A stretch of 63,654 nucleotides of DNA, counting the filler, from Intoshia linei (Eukaryota > Animalia > Orthonectida): the NCBI GenBank assembly GCA_001642005.1. It is 5 parts of 5 records of this genome, joined end to end, with 100 filler letters (N's around TTAATTAATTAA, not from the genome) between each part and the next. Parts side by side here need not be neighbours in the genome. Positions count along the whole stretch, not along the records: positions 1 to 19,392 come from LWCA01000740.1; positions 19,493 to 43,111 come from LWCA01000551.1; 3 more parts are not named here. One strand, written 5' to 3'. Both the position numbers and the translations under genes were made by a program. This document shows, piece by piece, positions 12,102-26,068 of this stretch. Every line of letters begins with the position of its first letter. The stretch's first letter is position 1. The notes below the pieces were generated by a model. It did not search any database. It saw only the letters and a program-made list of their open reading frames with translations, and was not told where the DNA came from.

Positions 12102-13379
12102 TTCAAATTTAGTAAATTAAAATTAATTTTTACGTATATAAAAAAGTACATAAAAATTTATGTTATTTATGACGATTTTTAGGATTAAACAGGTTGAAGG
12201 TTTTTGTAACGTTTTTACTTTATTTTAAAAGTTATAACACTCTTTAAGTATAATAAAACAAACAAAAGGGGAAATTAATCAAATTTAAAAAGAAAATAGG
12301 TCTCAAGCCTGGTTTTTTGGTTATGCGAGTGATAATAAAATTAAAAGCGGACCACGACGAAAAAAGGTTGGGTAAACATTGTCTTAATGCTTTGAAAATT
12401 GCAAAACTGAAGTAAATCGTTGAAATTTGAAAAAATAATTTCTATTTTTTAATTAGCGGAATACATAAATAAATACTATCAAATTCAACCAATCATTCAT
12501 TGTAGCATAAGCGCTTCTGTATAAATAGTCCGACTAAATAAAATTATAAAATTTAAATTTAAGGTGTTATTATTAATACTATTAATAAGACAATATATTA
12601 TTAACAAACACAGTTGATTTCTTGGGTTGACATTTGATTTTTACATTACAGGGTGTCATAATTAAATTCAGGGGTATTGCAAAATAATTTTATAATTTTA
12701 ATATAACTAGGGACCTTTACAATTTAATTAACTAAAATCAAACTAAAGTTACATTAATATCAAATAGTAAAGTAATGATTTATAAATGAAAAATAACATT
12801 TATTTACAATGTTAGTAAATGTTGGGAATAAGTGAAGAAACAGGTGCAATTCTAGTCAGAAATTGTCATAATTCTTGTGAAAGGTGTCACACTAAGAATA
12901 CAGTATTTTTAAAATTTTCGCGGTATACCAAGAAAAAACAACCATTTATTAATTGCAAATTTGAATACTGTAGTTTTAAATCTTTTTTTAATTTCGGTCT
13001 GTACTTAAAAAGCTTAAAGGAAAGACTGACTAAAAAAACAAACATTTCATACAAGTACAAGATTACAAAGCCAATTAAATAAATATGTATGATTGGTGAC
13101 AAAGATTAGACTATATTTTAAGGTTTTAGAATATTACCATTGCCATTGAAAACACTATAGTGGGAAATTATTATGGATCTATTTTTACTAAATTATCGCA
13201 AACTTGGTAATAAATACACAATTAAATTCTAGAGACCACAATGATAAAGTTGATTTTAAAATGTTCCAATTAAACAAATGTAAATTTATTTCATCAATTA
13301 ACACTCTCAAATTTATGAACTGCATATGTAGTTTGGATTCCAAATGAGACACCAATGTCAATTTGTATTTAAATTTATA

Positions 13380-13866
13380 GGGTCTTGTTCAGTTTAAGCC
13401 CGTAAAATGAACTTTATAAATGGAACTTTTTGGTCAAATTCTTAAAATTATTTATTTTGATTTTGAAGTAGTTGTCATGTCTAAAATTATAAAAAGCGTG
13501 TAAAGCTTGTCAAAATCACATTCATTATGAACGTTAGTAAAAAGTTAAAATGTACAAGGTGATGGAGATGGCGAATAGATTTATTTTTTGATAATAGCCG
13601 TCTAATCATCCCCAACTCTTGAAACTGATTCATTTATGGGCATAAGAGGTGGCTCCTTTCAAATTTTTGAATTATGCATTGAAATTGTCCTTCAGTACAT
13701 GTGTTCAGTGGAAAATTTTCTGAGAGATTTGTATATCAATAATGTTAGATCATCCAGAAAGATTTGGTGGGACGGTATAGAAGTTCAAATAGATGAGACT
13801 TTCCAGAATATACTTGATCACAATTTTCTAAAGTTCCATTTTACGGGCTTAAACTGAACAAGACAT
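13380..13866 (+). mobile_element. Merlin (IS1016/ISXO2-like) deletion derivative
   Basis: TIR GTCTTGTTCAGTTTAAGCCCGTAAAATG / CATTTTACGGGCTTAAACTGAACAAGAC, 8-bp TSD AATTTATA, and internal DGIEVQIDET (first catalytic Asp motif of Merlin). Confidence 0.88.
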
Positions 13867-14597
13867 AATTTATATCATATATGTAAACAATTTAGTCTGT
13901 TTTTAACAAAACGGCTAATTTTTATTGCCTAAATGGAGTGTTTGTTTAATTATTAAACTATAATACAAAGTGTGTACATATTGAGTCATTAATGGGGCAA
14001 TTCTTTTTGACCTATAGAATAACAAAAAAACTGACCTAAAAATTAAATTTACTGACTTTATCTGACCTTAAAATTTTTGTTTGTTTCTATGGTTAATACC
14101 AACTGAATCTACCGTACCCCAAACCTTCCTTTCGTAGGCCTTAAATTAAATCAATACAATATTTAATACACCTTAATTTTAATATTCGCATAGGCCCCGA
14201 TCATGATGGTGTCGGTCACTTTACATAATAAATTAATATGAATATAACTTAAAATAAGGAATATTTATGCGTGTGATAATAAATATGAATGCAAAGTAAT
14301 ATAAATAAATACAAATACAAAGAACTGCAAATCAAACAAACGATGTAAATCTCATTGTGTCATGTTGAAAATTATTAATGTTTATTGTAGTTACTACAGA
14401 ATTAATGAGACGATTGAGCCTGATGATTCTGACAGAGTTTATTAATATTAAGTACTAATTTTGTAAGCTTTAATCGTATATCTCCCCTTTTTGAAATTTG
14501 TAGTCTATTTATTTTTTTGTCAGTAAATCTAAAACATTTTATGTGTAATTTTGTATATTAATTATTTAAAACTGCTCGTTTCTGTCTCTAATTATTA

Positions 14598-16029
14598 TCT
14601 TTACCTATATAATTATATATTTTAATTATTCTTTGCTACGCAATATTTGTTTGTGTGTGTGTTCCACTTTATTGAAATAACTACCAGTCTTAGAATTTTA
14701 TAAAGTCCACATCGTTTATTTCAATAACTACCAGTCTTAGAATTTTATAAAGTCCACATTTCAATTACAGTTTTTTCCAATAAAAATAATAATAATAATA
14801 ATGTGATAATAAGATACATTGCAATCTCTTCAAACTCACATCTTACGGGTCAAAACCCCCAATTCTACTTTTTTTGAAAATCAAACGAGTTATAGAATTT
14901 AAAAAAATGACACCTTTAGGGCCAACACACCAAATTACCCTTCTTTTTTTATTGAAAACAGCCTTAGAATTTAAAAAAATTTCAATCTGAATAAGTGGCG
15001 CCTTCATGGTCAAAAAAGCCTTTTAGTTTTCATATATTTTTTTTCGAAATTTTTTTTTTATAACAAAAAATGTGAAATAATTAACAGTCCGAAAATTTAA
15101 AAAAAAACTATCTGATAGAGTTTATTCCAGTTGATATAAATACAAAATTTCAACCCCAGAAATCTACGCATTCCCGATAAAAAATAATGTTAAATATATT
15201 ATCAACCAATATTTTTCAAATATTTCGATTAAAATAAAAATTGAAAAATGCGAATATTGATCCTACAATTTTAAAAAAATGTGCACTGAACGTCTACACA
15301 TTTCCAATAATGAAATATGGGTGAAAATCTATATAATTCATTCCTTCGCAATTTTTATATTTCAAATTCTCATTTTCAAAACATTTTCTATAAAATTTAA
15401 AATATAACTACAACAACGAAACTAAAAGTAATACAACTTTGTTAATATCATTTTTATATTTATTAGATCCTTTGTAATATTGGTAAAATTCGCCTGAAAT
15501 ATGTTTATAAAGTGAAGATTCTGTTAATTATAATTAATTAATAATTATTGATACATAATTGGTATTTTTAAGTACATAAATTTATTAAATTGGTACTAAA
15601 TATATATTATCACATTGACAATGACAAAATAGGTTTTTATAATTTTATTTTTTCTGAAATTTATGACTATTTATACTATTTATGACAATTTTTAGGATTG
15701 AACTGATTTTACATTATTTTTAATATTATACACACATGCTGTCTAATAAAATAACAAAATGGGATAACAATTGTTTATAAAATTCAATACGCAAATGTTA
15801 ACAAAAACAAATTAAAATGGAATAATTCAGTTTAAGGTAAAAAATAATGTGATATGTTGTATCCACCTGACACTAATTTGGGAACCACTCCTTTAAAGGA
15901 TTGATAATAGTGAATAGTAGGTTTTTTAAGTTTTGATCCTCAACGTGAATTTATTTTGTTGGTATAATAAAAATGTGCCCTCGGCAGAGCTAGGTACTGT
16001 TTGTACGTAGTACATAACAGTCAACCTAA
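14598..16029 (+). mobile_element. Non-autonomous Helitron-like element, near full length
   Basis: Colinear with 22002-23429; A|TC start, GTTT/GT microsatellite, 3' hairpin followed by CTAA|T; internal ~38-bp direct duplication at 14675-14760. Confidence 0.8.
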
Positions 16030-16159
16030 TTGTTTATAATATTTTTTATATCAATACGAGTATGGTATACAAATAACAACCAAACAGTAAAGCAAAAATT
16101 ACCAGAGTAAATAAAAATACTCACTATTTAAATTAATAATATTATAAATTTGATTTAAA

Positions 16160-16270
16160 ATGGGTGTTAAATTTAGAGCCATCATTGCCATTATACTTAT
16201 TGTCATTTTGGCTATTTCAACAACTGTTATGTTAATTTTATTCTATTTTGAGTATATTTCCGAATGTGAG
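16160..16270 (+). CDS. Possible first exon of a signal-anchor/type II membrane protein; downstream exons unresolved
   Basis: AAAATG start, MGVKFRAIIAIILIVILAISTTVMLILFYFEYISECE, strong donor GAG|GTAAT. Confidence 0.4.
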
Positions 16271-17824
16271 GTAATCATTAAATATTGTTTAAAATTATTA
16301 TACAATTTTGTTAAATTTTACATATCAAAAAATTAAATTTAAATATAATGTATAATTTACTCAATTTAATTTAATATTCACATTGTGCAAGACTGGATTA
16401 GATATATAGCGTTCGAATTGCAAGGAAATGGGATGAAATAATTTTTAATTGGGTTTACTAGGATTTACTTTTTAAATTTTTAAAATTTAGATTTTTTAAT
16501 TTACAATAGTGAATAATTAAAACGATTCTTGTACATTATTATCTCTATTGCTGACTTTTCAGGTACACAGGATAGCTGAAAATACATTTTCATTTTTTTA
16601 AAATTGTTTATACATTTTTGCCCCTTATTTAGTGAACATGAACGTTCAAAATACAAATCGACAGAGACAATGGTGCCAATAGAGAATAACATATCTTAGA
16701 AGTCATTGATACTCGCAGCCAGTGATTTAACCAAAATTTTTAAATGTTATGTTGATTCTATAAATAGACTTATATAAATTTTTAAAGATTAGGGTCAAAC
16801 TTTTATATTGACAATTCTGTCATTAATATTTTGGGATTTACTATTTAATATGTATTTATATTGAACAATATGGGACCACCAAATATATCAACATTTCATT
16901 ATACATCAAATGTTCTTTATTAAATTTAAGTCACCAAATAAAAATATTTTTGTATTACTATATATTATCATTATTATTTTATATTTTTATCGTTTTTAAT
17001 TTTTGCACATTTTTGAATATCGAATAGCTTTTTTTTTTATCAAAATTCAAGGTGCACCCTGAAATAAAAAAGGCTAAGAAACACTGTTCTAGACAATAAA
17101 AACTAATTTTGATTTTTCATGGTTCAATAAAATGCAATGCTGATAAAGTGGCCAATTTCTTGAAATTGTTTTACTATTTTAAATTTCAAAAGCTATATAA
17201 TCTTACAATGTAATGTTCTACATATTTGGAATAACAATGAGTGTCGTTATCATGAAAAATTATTCTATAAATCTTTAATAGTTAACTAATTTCATTAATA
17301 ATGGAATTTTCACATGAGATATGTCACATGTGTGAATATGGGTTAAATAAAATTTATTTTTAATATTTGGGTGTTTCAAAAAGTAGAACATTAACGATTT
17401 TTCATGTAAAATGTGTATATAATGTGGAAGCATAACAAAAATATCAGAGACTAGAGTTTAACCATTTCATTATCATTGGATCAAAATTAATTTTTAAAGA
17501 ATAAAATAATATATTTCATTACTTTATGATGCCCAATTATCTTAAAAGTTTTTATAGATCGCGGGTTTATATAGATCTCAGTTAAAAATGTTGGAGGGTA
17601 AAATATTATTATTATTCTTGGTTTTTTCAAATTTTATCTAAATTAAATTTAACTATTTTACCAAATGACTTAACGACTGCTGTCGTAATGTAAACATAAT
17701 GCAAATGTAATTTTGAATCTTATAAAACATTAAAATGTACAGTATACACAATTTAGTAAACACCAGGATACATTATGTACTAAGGGTATATGTAGTTTTA
17801 ACAAGATTTTATTAGAATTGTAGC

Positions 17825-18059
17825 CAGAACCGTGGAGAGGGGTAGGGACCACACGACCCGGGCTACAATCACCCGTTATGGTGGAACATTTCATTATTAT
17901 GATGGCAATGCAATTTCCAACTGTTATTTTTAATTTTTAGACAATAAACCATCGATTAACCACAATTTATAATATACACGTCTATTTTTAAAATAAAAGT
18001 TTATGTGGGTCTACCATTTCCATCTGAACCGGATCTACTATTGGATCTCCACGGTCCTG
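17825..18059. mobile_element. hAT MITE
   Basis: TIR CAGAACCGTGGAGA / TCTCCACGGTCCTG with perfect 8-bp TSD ATTGTAGC. Confidence 0.88.
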
Positions 18060-18211
18060 ATTGTAGCATGTATTAATTCTATAAATTATTAACAAGAAAT
18101 AAAATACTAAAAAATATAAATTGCCGTTAAATTTTTCTCTTTAAATTATCTCTTGATAAATGTTGATTACAATAAAATATATTAAAAATTGAAAAATAGG
18201 AATCAACGACA

Positions 18212-18371
18212 ATGCAATCACCGATAAATTTGATTAGTACACATACAGTTGAAAATACGGGCGGAATGACAATGAAAAAAATTTTTGAATCTTTGGATAA
18301 AAATTTTACATTTCTTTCAGATAAGACAGATTTTCATTTTACATCTCACGATGAAAGCAGTTCAACAATTG
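18212..18371 (+). CDS. Possible coding exon of unknown product
   Basis: ATG-initiated open stretch of coding-like composition ending at donor G|GTAAC; no partner exons found. Confidence 0.25.
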
Positions 18372-18869
18372 GTAACATATTTTTGTTATTTACAGTTATG
18401 TAGTTAATTTTTAATGTGTCCGTTTTTAAACAAAATGTTTTGAAAGTGAGAAATTGAGATTGATTAATTGCGATTGAAGGAATTATATGGGGTTCTGCGA
18501 AATTTAATTGGGGTTCCGTGAAATATAAATGCGATATTTTTCAATTTAAAGTTTTTCTAAATTACTGTTGTATGCAATGAAACAACATCATTTCCAAATT
18601 TAAATCAAATAAGTTTTAATAAAAGTATTATACGTTGTGAGTATGGGAACCTGAAAAATGATGTTAAAAAGTAATAATAATTCAGATTATCTTTATGAGA
18701 AATATTGTAAAGAAGGTGGGTTTTTACTGGCCCAACTCTCTTGAAATAAGTTATTTACTCTTTATAATGATATTTAACTAAAAAGTTATCTCTCACGGGC
18801 CTGCATGCTTCTTCGTTGTGTGAGGGAGGCAAATGGTTTTACCGGCTAATTTTTACCGGAAAATTCGGC

Positions 18870-19282
18870 TTTATGACCCGTAAGATGTGAGTTTGGGAGG
18901 TTAAAATTTATTTTTCTGACACCCCGAAAAAACTGTAATTGAAATGTGTATTTTATAAAATTCTAAGACTGGTATTTATCGAAATAAACGATAACACACT
19001 CAGACAAACAAAGCATATTATATATAGAGATTCTCAACCTTTAACGTAACTTTTTCACGAATAGAGTTGCTATTGCAACCGATATCATTTCTTTTTCAAC
19101 CTTTATCGTTTTTATATGGAAATTTGAATGCATAAAATTATATCAAATTAAAAACATTTAATTTAATTTACAAAATAATGTTACATGTTAAAAAAATAAA
19201 TTTGATATAATTTTAGGTATTCAAATTTCCATATAAAAACGAAAAAGTTACGTTAAAAATTAAAAATCTCTATAAGTAAGGA
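18870..19282 (-). mobile_element. Helitron 5' fragment interrupted by a GAG-terminal MITE (19027-19270)
   Basis: Reverse complement matches the start of 22002. The insert has TIR GAGATTCTCAACCTTTAACGTAACTTTTTC / GAAAAAGTTACGTTAAAAATTAAAAATCTC and is flanked by TATA on both sides. Confidence 0.75.
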
Positions 19283-19392
19283 TATTTTACAAATTTTTGA
19301 AATTAAATTTACATTCTTTACAATTTACATAAATTATGTTAACCCATATACTCCCAGTGGGACCATATGGTCACACAACATTACATTTATAA

Positions 19393-19492
19393 NNNNNNNN
19401 NNNNNNNNNNNNNNNNNNNNNNNNNNNNNNNNNNNNTTAATTAATTAANNNNNNNNNNNNNNNNNNNNNNNNNNNNNNNNNNNNNNNNNNNN
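19393..19492. other. Assembly gap with artificial TTAATTAATTAA linker (also 43112-43211, 57517-57616, 60869-60968)
   Basis: The same 100-nt N-linker-N pattern occurs four times. Confidence 0.97.
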
Positions 19493-20850
19493 CTTAAAAA
19501 TGACTTAAAAGTTATTTTAACAAAAAATATCTAATAAATTTTGGTAAATTATGGAATCTCTGTATGGACCATATTCATTGCAAACATGATGAACAAGATC
19601 ATGAATGTTTTGTATTTGAATGAATTTATTATATTGTAAATAACCAGAATTCGAGAAATTAAATCGTTAATAAAATCTAAAAAAAGTGAGCTAGAAACAA
19701 ATTTAAAAAAATAAACTGTATAACTAAACATGGAGAACAGTATTATAAGGCGATACCACGTTTAAAAGCTCAAACGCCGATTTCCGTTAAAATAAAGTTC
19801 AGTTTTTATTTTTTCATAATATTTATACAGTGATATTTAAAATGACAAACGCAACTAGAATAGATAGCGTTAAATATTTTTGATTGCGAATTAGTTTTTC
19901 TATTTTAAAAATACACACTTTTAGTGCTAATTGCCTTTGATTCTTTGATAAGTGTGACACCCTAGTACTCATAAACGAGAAACTACTGTACATGTATGCT
20001 TGATAAATACAGTAGCGTAATCGGGTGTATAAACTCATAAAAATGAAGTTATAAATACATTTGGTAACGAGATAATGATATTAAGTACTAGCAGTAACTT
20101 CAATAGTGTACTACTAGAAACTTATATTTCATGTAGAAAATGAATTAACATAATATATTCATTCTAGAATGAAGTAAGTTTAACGATAGTTACTCTAAAG
20201 TTGCTCTATCGTTACTAATACATATAAATTTGGACCAAAAATTTCAAAAAAATGACAAATTGTAATAAAATATGTATAATAATGACAGATTTTTGTAAAT
20301 ATGATAAAAATAAGTCACATCTTGATAAATTCCAATAAATAACCTGAAATTTAAAATAATTTGCATTATGCTCTACTTTTAATAAAAAATTATAATATAT
20401 AATAGGTATTATAAACGATATATAAACTAAAATTTAAAAATGTAGATATTATTAGTTATTGAAATGCATGTGTTTCCAACATAAATACATTAACAATAAT
20501 TAAATAAATTTACTGAATGATTATTCATAGCACATTGGCTTCTACATTATAATTATTATCTATACCAAATCAAAAATTACAATTTACAAGAAAATTTATT
20601 GAGCATTAAAACAATGTAGTACGCGTTCATTTCTAACGTTGATATATTATAAATTATAATATACTGATTATTGATTATTAAAAATAATTTATTTTAGTAA
20701 TGACCAACGAATAAAAATATAAACGAACTTGTATTGTGTAAAACAAAAGAAAAAATGAATAATATTTAAACTTAGTAACAGAACGCACATTTGTATCACA
20801 TTTAAATATTTTAAAAATTAATTAAATTAAAATTAATTTCATAAATAAAA

Positions 20851-23800
20851 ATGGCACAGGGAAATGGACTCATTATGGGTCTATCCAAAATTATTATTAT
20901 CGTCATCAATGTCGTAATTTCGGTAATTTAAAGTTTATATAATTAATATATTATATTCATTCATTTTTATTAGCTGATTGGATTAGCAGGGTTGATATTT
21001 GGTATTGTTTTTAAGGCTGGCTTGTCAAATATGATATTCAATTTAATTTTATCTGTTGAACAACAACAATTATTATTGAATCCAAAAAATCTAGTTGGAA
21101 TTGATGTTTCAACTATGTCAGAACCACTTTCTATTCCATTGATTATTATGGGTCTCTTTTTGTTCTTGACGGGTATTTTTGGATGTTGTGGAATTTGCTT
21201 CAAGAAAAAAATTTTTTTGATTTTGGTATTAAAATTTTATTGTATTGTTAAATTTTTTATATTTATTTTTAGTATACAATTATTATTTCAGTTCTTGTAT
21301 TTATTCAAATTATTATTGTGATTGTACTATGCGTTGGAACGGTAATGTTTCATTTTCATTTTAATTGTATTATTAATAATAATTATTTATTTTGTAGTTT
21401 ACACCACAAATAAAATCTAAATTGGTGACAACTATAAAAACATTTTATCACAATTCGACTACAACTACATCATTTCCTAGTATTGTTTGGAATGCTTTAA
21501 TGGCACAGGTAACAATTTTTATTTATACGTTTATGTTGCTACTATTAAAGATACTATCCTTAATTATATAAAGTAAAATCGTTAAAAATGTATGTTTTTT
21601 TATTTATTTTTCCAGTTTATTTAAGAAAGAAAGGAGAGTCAAGTTTTACAAATTCCATATTCTTATAACAGGTTTTCCAGAGTCATGTTTTATCCCAAAT
21701 TTCAATTTCAGAAATTGAATTCTTCAAAGTTACAATTTAGAATGTTAATTAACGATGATACATTTACTGTACTTCGTTGTCGCAACTTTTAAACTATAAT
21801 GTTTTAAAAATCAGAATTTGAGAATGAAAAATTGCGTATCAATGAACAAAAATCGAAAGAAATCAACTATATAGATTCCCCCCATATTTCTTTATTGGAA
21901 ATGTAAACATATACATTCAATGCACATTTTTTTTCAAATTGTAGGATGACTATTCATTTAACTTTTTTTAATTAAAATATTTTGTAATTATTTAAATTAA
22001 ATCCTTACTTATACAATATGCTATGCAATATTTGTTTGTGTGTGTGTTAGTGTTTATTTCAATAATTACCAGTCTTAAAATTTTATAAATTACACATTTC
22101 AATTACAGTTTTTTCCGAGGTGTTAGAAAAATAAATTTCAATCTCCCAAACTCACATCTTACGCGTCAAAAACCACAGTTGTCCCTCTTTTTGAAAATTA
22201 AACAAGTTGGAAAATTTAAAAAAATATATGCACTGATATGGATTTTAAAATCATAAACATTATTATAAATTTAAAAAATATATCTTCAGGGCCAAAACCA
22301 CAAATTACCCTTTTTTTAATGAAAACAACCCTAGAATTTAAACAAATTTACAGGTGGTACAGTTGTATCCTTTTAACACACACAAAAAATTTCAATCTGA
22401 ATAAGTGACGCTTTCACTGTCAAAAGAACATTTTAGTATTCATATATTTTTTTTCCGAAATATTTTATTAAAACAAAAAATGTGAATAATTTACAGGTCC
22501 GAAAATTAAAAAAAAAAATTATTCTGATAGAACTTATTCCAGTTGATATAAATATTTTTTTTTTGAAATATTTTATTAAAACAAAAAATGTGAAATAATT
22601 AACGGTCCGAAAAAAAAAGATTATTCTGATAGAGCTTATTCCAGTTGATATAAAATACAAAAGTTTAACCTGAGAAATCTACGCATTCCCGATGAAAAAT
22701 AATTTTTAATATATTATGAACCAATTTTAATCTCAGAAGTCTACGCATTCCCGGTATAAAATAATTTTTAATATATTATCAACCAATATTTTTCAAATGT
22801 TTCGATTAAAATAAAAATTGAAAATGTAAATATTGATCCTACAATTTCAAAAAAAATGTCTATACATTTCCAATAAAGAAATATGGGTGAAAATTTATAT
22901 AATTTATTCCTTAGGAATATTTTTTCATTGCTACGCAATTTTTAAATTTCAAAATATCATTTTCAAAGCTTTTTATTTAAAATTTAAATTAAAACTACAA
23001 AAACGAATTACTAAAAGTAATAAAACTTTGTTATTATCATGTTTACATTTATTACAATCCTTTGCAATATTGGTAAAATTCACCTGAAATGTTTATAAAG
23101 TGCTGATTCCGTTAATTGTTTGGTTTTAATTTATTATTACAAACACTAAATTAAAAAAATGGGATAATAATTGTTATTAAAATTCTTTTCGCAAATGTTA
23201 ACAAAACAAAATTAAGATGGAATAATTCACTACAAAGTAAAAAGTAATGTGATATAATGGTTCTGCCTGAAACAAATTTGGGAACCACTCCTTTAAAGGA
23301 TTAATAATAGTGAATAGTAGGATTTCTAAGATTAGATTTTTAACATGAATGTATTTTTTTGGTAGAATAAAAATATGCCATCGGCAGAGCTAGGTGCTGT
23401 TTGTACGTAGTACATAACAGTCAACCTAGTATAGTATAATATAATTTCTATTAATGTCAAATTTAATCTGTGACCACAAAAATTATTGTATAAATTATTA
23501 AAGAGCTTTTAATAATGGTGCGTTATTTTTAAAACAGAGTGTAAATAATATTCAGCTATTTTATATATACATGTATCAAATTTTTAGTTGAAATGCTGTG
23601 GAGTAAATAATCATACGGATTTTGATGGAGCTATTAATTATAATTCTCTTTTTCCCATTATCAACAAAACTAAATATTTTCCAATGGTTTGCTGTAGAAA
23701 TGTTACAAAAATGCCATCATGCGCTCTCAAACCTTTTAATACTACGACATCTTTTGCAAATATAGTAATTTTACATTAAAATTCTTAAAATTGGAACTAT

Positions 23801-24448
23801 TGTGACTATCTCTATTTTGAGTATTACATATTGGAGTATTCTATCGATCCCGCGAAACACAAAAGGTTGATAAACAGTGTTTTTAATTCTGAGGCCTAGA
23901 ACAATGATTATTTTGTATTTTGTGAGTTATGAGTCATTTATCTTAAATTAATTTTTTTAGAGTAGGATTTCCAAAGGTGATGGTTTGAAATGTTTTGGTG
24001 TTTTTTTTCAAGAAATCAAAAAACCTGGACGTTTTGAACTTTTTGGTGGATTTTTTGTATTTGGTGGTCGAATCGTGTTTCGGACAAAAATTTTTCGTTT
24101 CGTTCGTACACATTACCTCAACACGATCCGATGCAGAACTCTAAGTAAGTGATAGTAAGTTGTGGTCATTTATTCATTATAAATAATGTGTCTATAATTG
24201 ATATTCTAATAAAGAATATTTTATTATTATTTACTATGTTAATTATAAACTTTTTATATTTAGGGATGTTGGACTAAACTTGCCAATATTGTATCAGGAT
24301 ATGGTCCCATAGCGATGGGAGTTGCTGGTTCTTTTATTGCAATTCAGGTAATTATATTTTATTTTTTATGAATTTTAAAACTAAAATTAAAATTTAGTGT
24401 ATAATAATATTAATATGCATTTACTTGATTTGCAAACATGAAAACTAA
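20851..24448 (+). CDS. Tetraspanin, 7 exons (20851-20922, 20974-21225, 21273-21341, 21398-21508, 23588-23764, 24264-24347, 24398-24448)
   Basis: Four TM helices, GIFGCCG in TM2, EC2 with KCCG, PMVCC and a terminal GC; all splices GT-AG, phase 0. Confidence 0.93.
22002..23429 (+). mobile_element. Full-length non-autonomous Helitron in tetraspanin intron 4
   Basis: A|TC...CTAG|T insertion without TSD; imperfect hairpin TGTTTGTAC-GTA-GTACATAACA about 10 nt from the 3' end; 5' microsatellite. Confidence 0.88.
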
Positions 24449-26068
24449 TTATTATATAAAATCAAACTTACTTACTAAATATATAAATAAATCGTTATCT
24501 TAATTGTTTCTTTCATATTAACGGCACAATTTACTCTGTCAAAATCAATACTCAATCAAACAATGATATACTTTATTATTGTATTATGATATTATGAACC
24601 GTGATGTTTGTATTCGGCGATATTAGCTTTATCATATTTTTTACATAATGTTAAACTCATTATAATTTGAACAATACTTAAAAATCGAAATATTGATCAT
24701 TATCGATTTAAACGTTATTCTACTGTTTACATAATTGTTTTTAATTGTAATAAATATTTATATTATTTTTTCAAGGCAATTGAATACTGTACAAGTATTG
24801 ATACATTTTATGCTACTATTTTTTTCTCATATTTATCATGTTTAATTGTAATATAAACATTATTATTATTATATATTTTACAGTAACTCAAAATTATTTC
24901 ACTTTGTTGGCTAGAAATTGAAAAAATGGATATACTTGTCAATCAGTTTCAAAAATCAAAGAAAAAAAGATTGTTACTTAAAGTTAAATGTAATAATTTA
25001 ATATGTACGAAATTTTATAAATTTAATCATTATGGTATGTGACTGGAAAATGTTTCAAGAAATTAAATTTATGGAATTTAAAAATTAAATAATTCCAATT
25101 TTTGGCAGCGGTATTAACTGAGGCCATTTATATTTTTACCAGTGATAACCACGTCATACATGGTATTATTTTCTTTAAAAAATTTGAGAATTAATCTATA
25201 TAACAGTAATTACCAGCTAGAGACATGCGACCGCACAAAAGAATAAAAATTGTAAGGTCTTGACCAGGGCCTACAATGATGAGGGTCTAATATTTTAATT
25301 TATTATTATTTAATGTTTATAAAATTTCCTAGTATGTCAAAATTATGATGACCAATGCGATTTTCAACTGTTATTTTTAATTTTTAAGCAATAAATGATC
25401 GATTATAATCGATTTGATTCAATTTTAAAAATTTTTTTTATTATTCACATTATCAGATTGGGAAATACTTTTTACTGTTATAAGAATTTTTTCAATGGTG
25501 TTCCTCGTGTTTTTATTAATTAATGAAAAGTTGATTTCCTTAAAAATAGTCCATTTAAATTTACCAAAATCTTTTATTGGTACTAAATATTTGGACACAC
25601 GATAATGTGTCTTCCCGTTAAATTATTTTAATGTCTAAGACTTATGACGCGCAAAGTATGTATTGGCGTGACATCTTAGAACTTTCACTTAAACCCACAA
25701 AATGATAAAAATTTTTGTGACGCATCAATTAACTCAAATTAGCAAAAATTAAGAGGGTCTCGGTACCGTAGGTTCGACACTACTTGACTGTAGTTAAAAA
25801 TGCTTTCTCGCAGAGATGTGTTGTTGAAAAATGGAAAATATTTTCATATTATAATATGTTCATAACGTGATTTAAGAATAGTTATTGATAAGATTTAAAA
25901 ATTTATATAATCCAGTTATTTTTGAGATATAGTAAAAAATATATTATATTTCAATTTAAAATTATAATTAATTCCATATTTTTATGAAATATTTTCAAGT
26001 ATTCAAAATATAAAAAATAAAAAATAAAAATAGTTTTTCTAGCAGTGTTAAGAAACTATTCACTAGTA

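Noticed and set aside
12649-13100. Tc1-like end CAGGGTGTC plus CxxC-containing ORF 12819-13082
   Set aside because: Probably TE debris, but there is no matching second terminus or catalytic motif to support a call.
19437-19448. TTAATTAATTAA inside all four N runs
   Set aside because: Artificial all-frame-stop scaffolding linker, not biology. Adjacency across these gaps is also unproven.
20970-21203. Antisense ORFs over real exons (also 3047-3298, 30532-30726, 35242-35460, 36963-37160, 43924-44136, 58054-58284)
   Set aside because: Opposite-strand shadows of supported coding or TE sequence.
22433-23087. ORFs 22433-22660 and 22833-23087 (also 8302-8487, 44493-44696, 5667-5945, 26120-26746)
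   Set aside because: They lie within non-coding repeats and are F/I/K/L-rich, as expected by chance in AT-rich DNA.
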